Positions 60,378 to 64,000 of a stretch of 64,000 nt of DNA are shown here, one piece after another. The stretch lies in NCBI RefSeq assembly GCF_009914755.1, contig NC_060927.1; one strand, given 5' to 3'. The notes below the pieces were generated by a model, which had not been told where the DNA came from, ran no database searches, and was given only the letters and a program-made list of their open reading frames with translations. The position numbers and the translations under genes are program-made. This stretch comes from the human T2T-CHM13v2.0 reference genome, Homo sapiens. Positions within the stretch are counted from its first letter, which is position 1. Each line of letters begins with the position of its first letter.

Positions 60378-60538
60378 TCATCTAAGTAAAGGAAGTGAAA
60401 GATATCAGAGAATGATTAATTTTTGTGTGATTTCCTTTCTCTGTGGATATTTTATTGTTTAAATAATGATAACTGACACTAAGAGTAGACAAGTAAATCA
60501 AAGAAAATATTTATTCCTGGTGACAAATACAGTCATGT

Positions 60539-60895
60539 TGATATGGTTTGGCTGTGTCTCCACCCAAATCTAATCTTGAATTTTAACTCCCACAATTCCC
60601 ATATGTTGTGGGAGGAACCCGGTGGGAGGTGATTGAACTATGAGGGTGAGTCTTTCCTGTACTGCTCTCATGATAGTGAGTGAGTCGCACAAGATCTGAT
60701 GGTTTTAAAAATGTGAGTTTCCCTGCACAAGGTCTCTTCTCTCATCTGCCACCATGTGAGACATGTTTTTCATCTTCTGCCACAATTGTGAGGTCTCCCC
60801 AGCCATGTGGAACTGTAAGTCCTATAAACCTTTCTTTTGTAAATTGCCCAGTCTCAGGTGTGTCTTTATAAGCAGCGTGAACATGGGCTAATACA
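60539..60895 (+). mobile_element. THE1 (A/B-type, MaLR) solo LTR
   Basis: tgatatggtttggctgtgt...ctaataca, 357 bp; 5-bp TSD catgt. Confidence 0.95.
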
Positions 60896-61144
60896 CATGT
60901 ATTTCAGCTATTATTCTATAAACAGGGTAAATCTAGTCCAGAAGAAAAAATTATGAACCTGTTAAGTATATAGTTAAAAGGAGAGCCAAGGATAAAAGTC
61001 AGTTCTTTGCCTTCATATCTCACCCTACTTTAATTTCAGTAATTCTCGATTTCAGTCTTTCTGATCTGATTTCCTGTGTCACATTCCCAAAGATCCCACT
61101 TAAATATGCATACCTTTTTGTACTCTCCAGGATTTTATTGCTTC

Positions 61145-61443
<299 letters not shown>

Positions 61444-61752
61444 CTTCTTAAAACAAATACTGGTTTTGCATTCCTGCTTAAAATATCCCGAAATATGTCC
61501 TATCTGTAAGAATTCAGGACACACTTCCTTGGAGTTATGGTAAATGAAAATGTTTTCTTTAAAAATATTTATTTTAAGCTTTAAGTATTTTTATACAAAT
61601 CATTAATTGAAAATGTTTATTATTCCCATAATTCCTATTTTGCTGATATTTCAAGCCAAGGATACAGACACCAGTCTTTGAATATTACATGATAGCTAAA
61701 AATGTTCATTTTATATTGGAATTCTCATTTTATGATGTAAGGATATTTTATG

Positions 61753-61781
61753 GGTCTGGTGTGGTGGCTCACGCTTATAAT
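61753..61781 (+). mobile_element. Isolated 29-bp Alu 5' fragment
   Basis: ggtctggtgtggtggctcacgcttataat resembles ggccgggcgcggtggctcacgcctgtaat. Confidence 0.6.
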
Positions 61782-61832
61782 AAAAGTGTTTATGAAATGA
61801 TATGTTAGCCTCAAAATTTCAAGAAAATCAAT

Positions 61833-62020
61833 GATCAAACTTAGAATTAACAAGAATATTTATAAAGTGAATAGACACGAGATCAACATATTCAAATCAG
61901 TACTATTACTTATATTAACAATAACCAGTTAAAATATAATATAAATAATCCCATCCAAAAAATAGTAATACATGAGTATACTTCTAACCAGAATGCACAA
62001 AAATTCTTACTGAACCAGAA
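61833..62020 (+). mobile_element. Old L1M ORF2 fragment
   Basis: tagaattaacaagaatatttataaagtgaatagacacgagatcaacatattcaaatcagta resembles ELINEFSKVAGYKINIQKSV. Confidence 0.55.
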
Positions 62021-63016
62021 ACAGATGCTGAAGAACTGTTAATCTTTAATAATGATAACAAAGACTCCCTATCAGAAATAAAAGACAATTGTTAATAAAA
62101 TGTTGCTTAAAAAATAAATATATCTAAATTAAGTCATACTTTCCTTGTGACTTTCATAGCCATCTAAAAGAGGTAGTTTCTATTGAAAACTATGTATCTC
62201 CAGCATAGTATTTATTATTAAAATGTTTCTCGTGATGAAAATATACCCTTGTCAATAAAAACATAGAATGTTCATTGCCAGTCATTCACCATTCAAGAGA
62301 GACCATTTATTAAAAGTTATATGCAACAGTGCAGTCCATGGCAAGGATGCATGCAAATGGTGTGAATTATATATAAATTACACCAGAGCTTCATATTAAT
62401 GATACTAACTGGCAGTACTAGATATCCTTTCAATGTTTGCTTATTTGAATAAGAAAGGATATAGTTTTACGTAACATTTGGGGAAAAACAGTTACATTTT
62501 TCATTAAGTCAAAATAGGACAGACATTTCAACATCGGGAGTATTCCTAACTATCCTATTTCCTTAAAGTCTATTAAATAATGCATCCAGGTAGTAGTAAC
62601 TGACAGCCTGTGAACCAATTACAGTTGACAGTCATGGAAAGTCTAGTTGAATGTCACCAAAGAGGGCTTTATTTACTCCTTTTTTCATGCAATCTAAGTG
62701 TAAGTTCTACTTCCTAGTACATCTTAGACACATTGATGAAGCTGTGAAAAACATAGATACATATAATGTGAGTAAAATACAGTCTATTTGTGTTCGGTAT
62801 TGCAATGTAGTCAATATATACATATATACACATATACTTTTTATTACTTAATAGTTGATTTGCATAGTTCATACTTTCTTCCCTTCTGAATCTGCAAAAT
62901 AGTAGCAATAGGATTAGGTCTTCTGTTAGAACTTTTTCTTAAAAACATACTATCAGAAAGAAAAAAAATATTTCAAGAAATATCAGTATCAGTGGAGAGT
63001 TCATAAGTAAGAGCTT

Positions 63017-63131
63017 ACATACACACATTCTGTCTCTCTGTCTCTGTCTCTCTGTCTCTCTCTCTGTCTCTCTCTCTGTCTCTCTCTCACTCATACACAC
63101 ACACGCACACACACACACACAAACACACACA
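63017..63131. repeat. Compound (CT/CTGT)n-(CA)n microsatellite
   Basis: Read directly. Confidence 0.95.
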
Positions 63132-64000
63132 CGGAAACTCTATATCCAAACTCTTGCTTCCGGTACACAACTTGTTTCCAAAGTTCTAGACATTTGCTAT
63201 AGTAATAAATTTCTAATTTTTTCAAAGTAAAATAAATCTTGGGCAATCAACACTGTGCTTTACTATTCTACCTGTAAAAGTTTTGGGGAATAAACAACTC
63301 ACTCATAAATACTCATGGTAGTCCTAAACAAATCAAAACCAACAAACAAAAACAGATAAATGAAAAACAACCTAACCAACATTATGATCACCCTTTTATG
63401 CTTTTATTAATAGCAACATTAATTAAGTATATATGATCTTTAAAATTATTTTTGCATATATTTTCATTCTAAATAAATCGGAAATATTCCATTTAAGAGA
63501 ACCTGGAAAGACTTAAAGGACAGAGCTAATAAAAACCAAATAATAATTTCCAATTTTTTGGTACTAAAAATAATTTTTAAAATTTTTATTTAAAGGCACT
63601 TAATTATTTAAAAAGCTCATAACAAGTAATATAATTCTATAAATGACTTATCAATATAAGGGGTGGAATACATTAATGTAATATTTTAAATTTTAAAAAA
63701 GTATAAATATGACAATTTTATTTTCAAGATTTGAATATTCAGAACTTTAAATGTAAGAACTGACGAATGTTGCTATGACATGAAAATTCAGAAAATTCTC
63801 AACCCTAATGATGATTATACTAGTGTTCATTATGGAATTGTTTTAAAATTACATCTCAGCCTTATGAATCATATCAGAAATACACAAATATTATTTAATT
63901 ACCGTCTTTATTTTTCATTTGCTGTGAATCAATTATGAATTTTAGACTATTTGATTTGAATTGAGGCATCACTTAGGAATTGAACAGTCTAAATCTTAAA

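Noticed and set aside
60628-60642. DUX4 site in the THE1 LTR
   Set aside because: Reads tgattgaacta rather than taattgaatca; the motif is degenerate.
62336-62372. U6 snRNA-like fragment (gcaaggatgcatgcaaat...gtgaa)
   Set aside because: Only ~25 bp with gaps, and no flanking U6 sequence, poly(A) tail or TSD; probably chance. It does contain an octamer ATGCAAAT.

Overview
AT-rich, CpG-depleted, non-coding primate genomic DNA (intronic or intergenic). AluJ/S/Y, THE1 and MADE1 point to a catarrhine genome, plausibly human. I cannot identify the locus or a host gene. No convincing protein-coding gene, tRNA, rRNA or CRISPR array is present; the recognisable ORFs in the track are Alu, L1 or CR1 read-throughs, and the rest look like random AT-rich ORFs. 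The window is a mosaic of about 20 Alus, an L1MA 3' fragment, old L2/L3/MIR remnants, solo LTRs (THE1, MER34-type, LTR33, MLT1), DNA-transposon relics (MER82, MER58A x2, MER44A, MER5, MADE1) and simple repeats. Repeat family names are recalled from consensus sequences, not from a search. I see no evidence for a new multi-gene system. The most notable signals are structural: (1) a MADE1 MITE that has captured a ~55-bp copy of nearby DNA between 20-bp direct repeats; (2) a perfect 31-bp-arm palindrome; (3) a nested MLT1 > MER44A > AT-rich palindrome + 12-copy minisatellite; (4) a 400-nt non-coding exon candidate on the minus strand with strong splice sites; (5) a CpG-retaining ETS/XRE motif cluster; (6) a probable AluY gene-conversion tract inside an older Alu.
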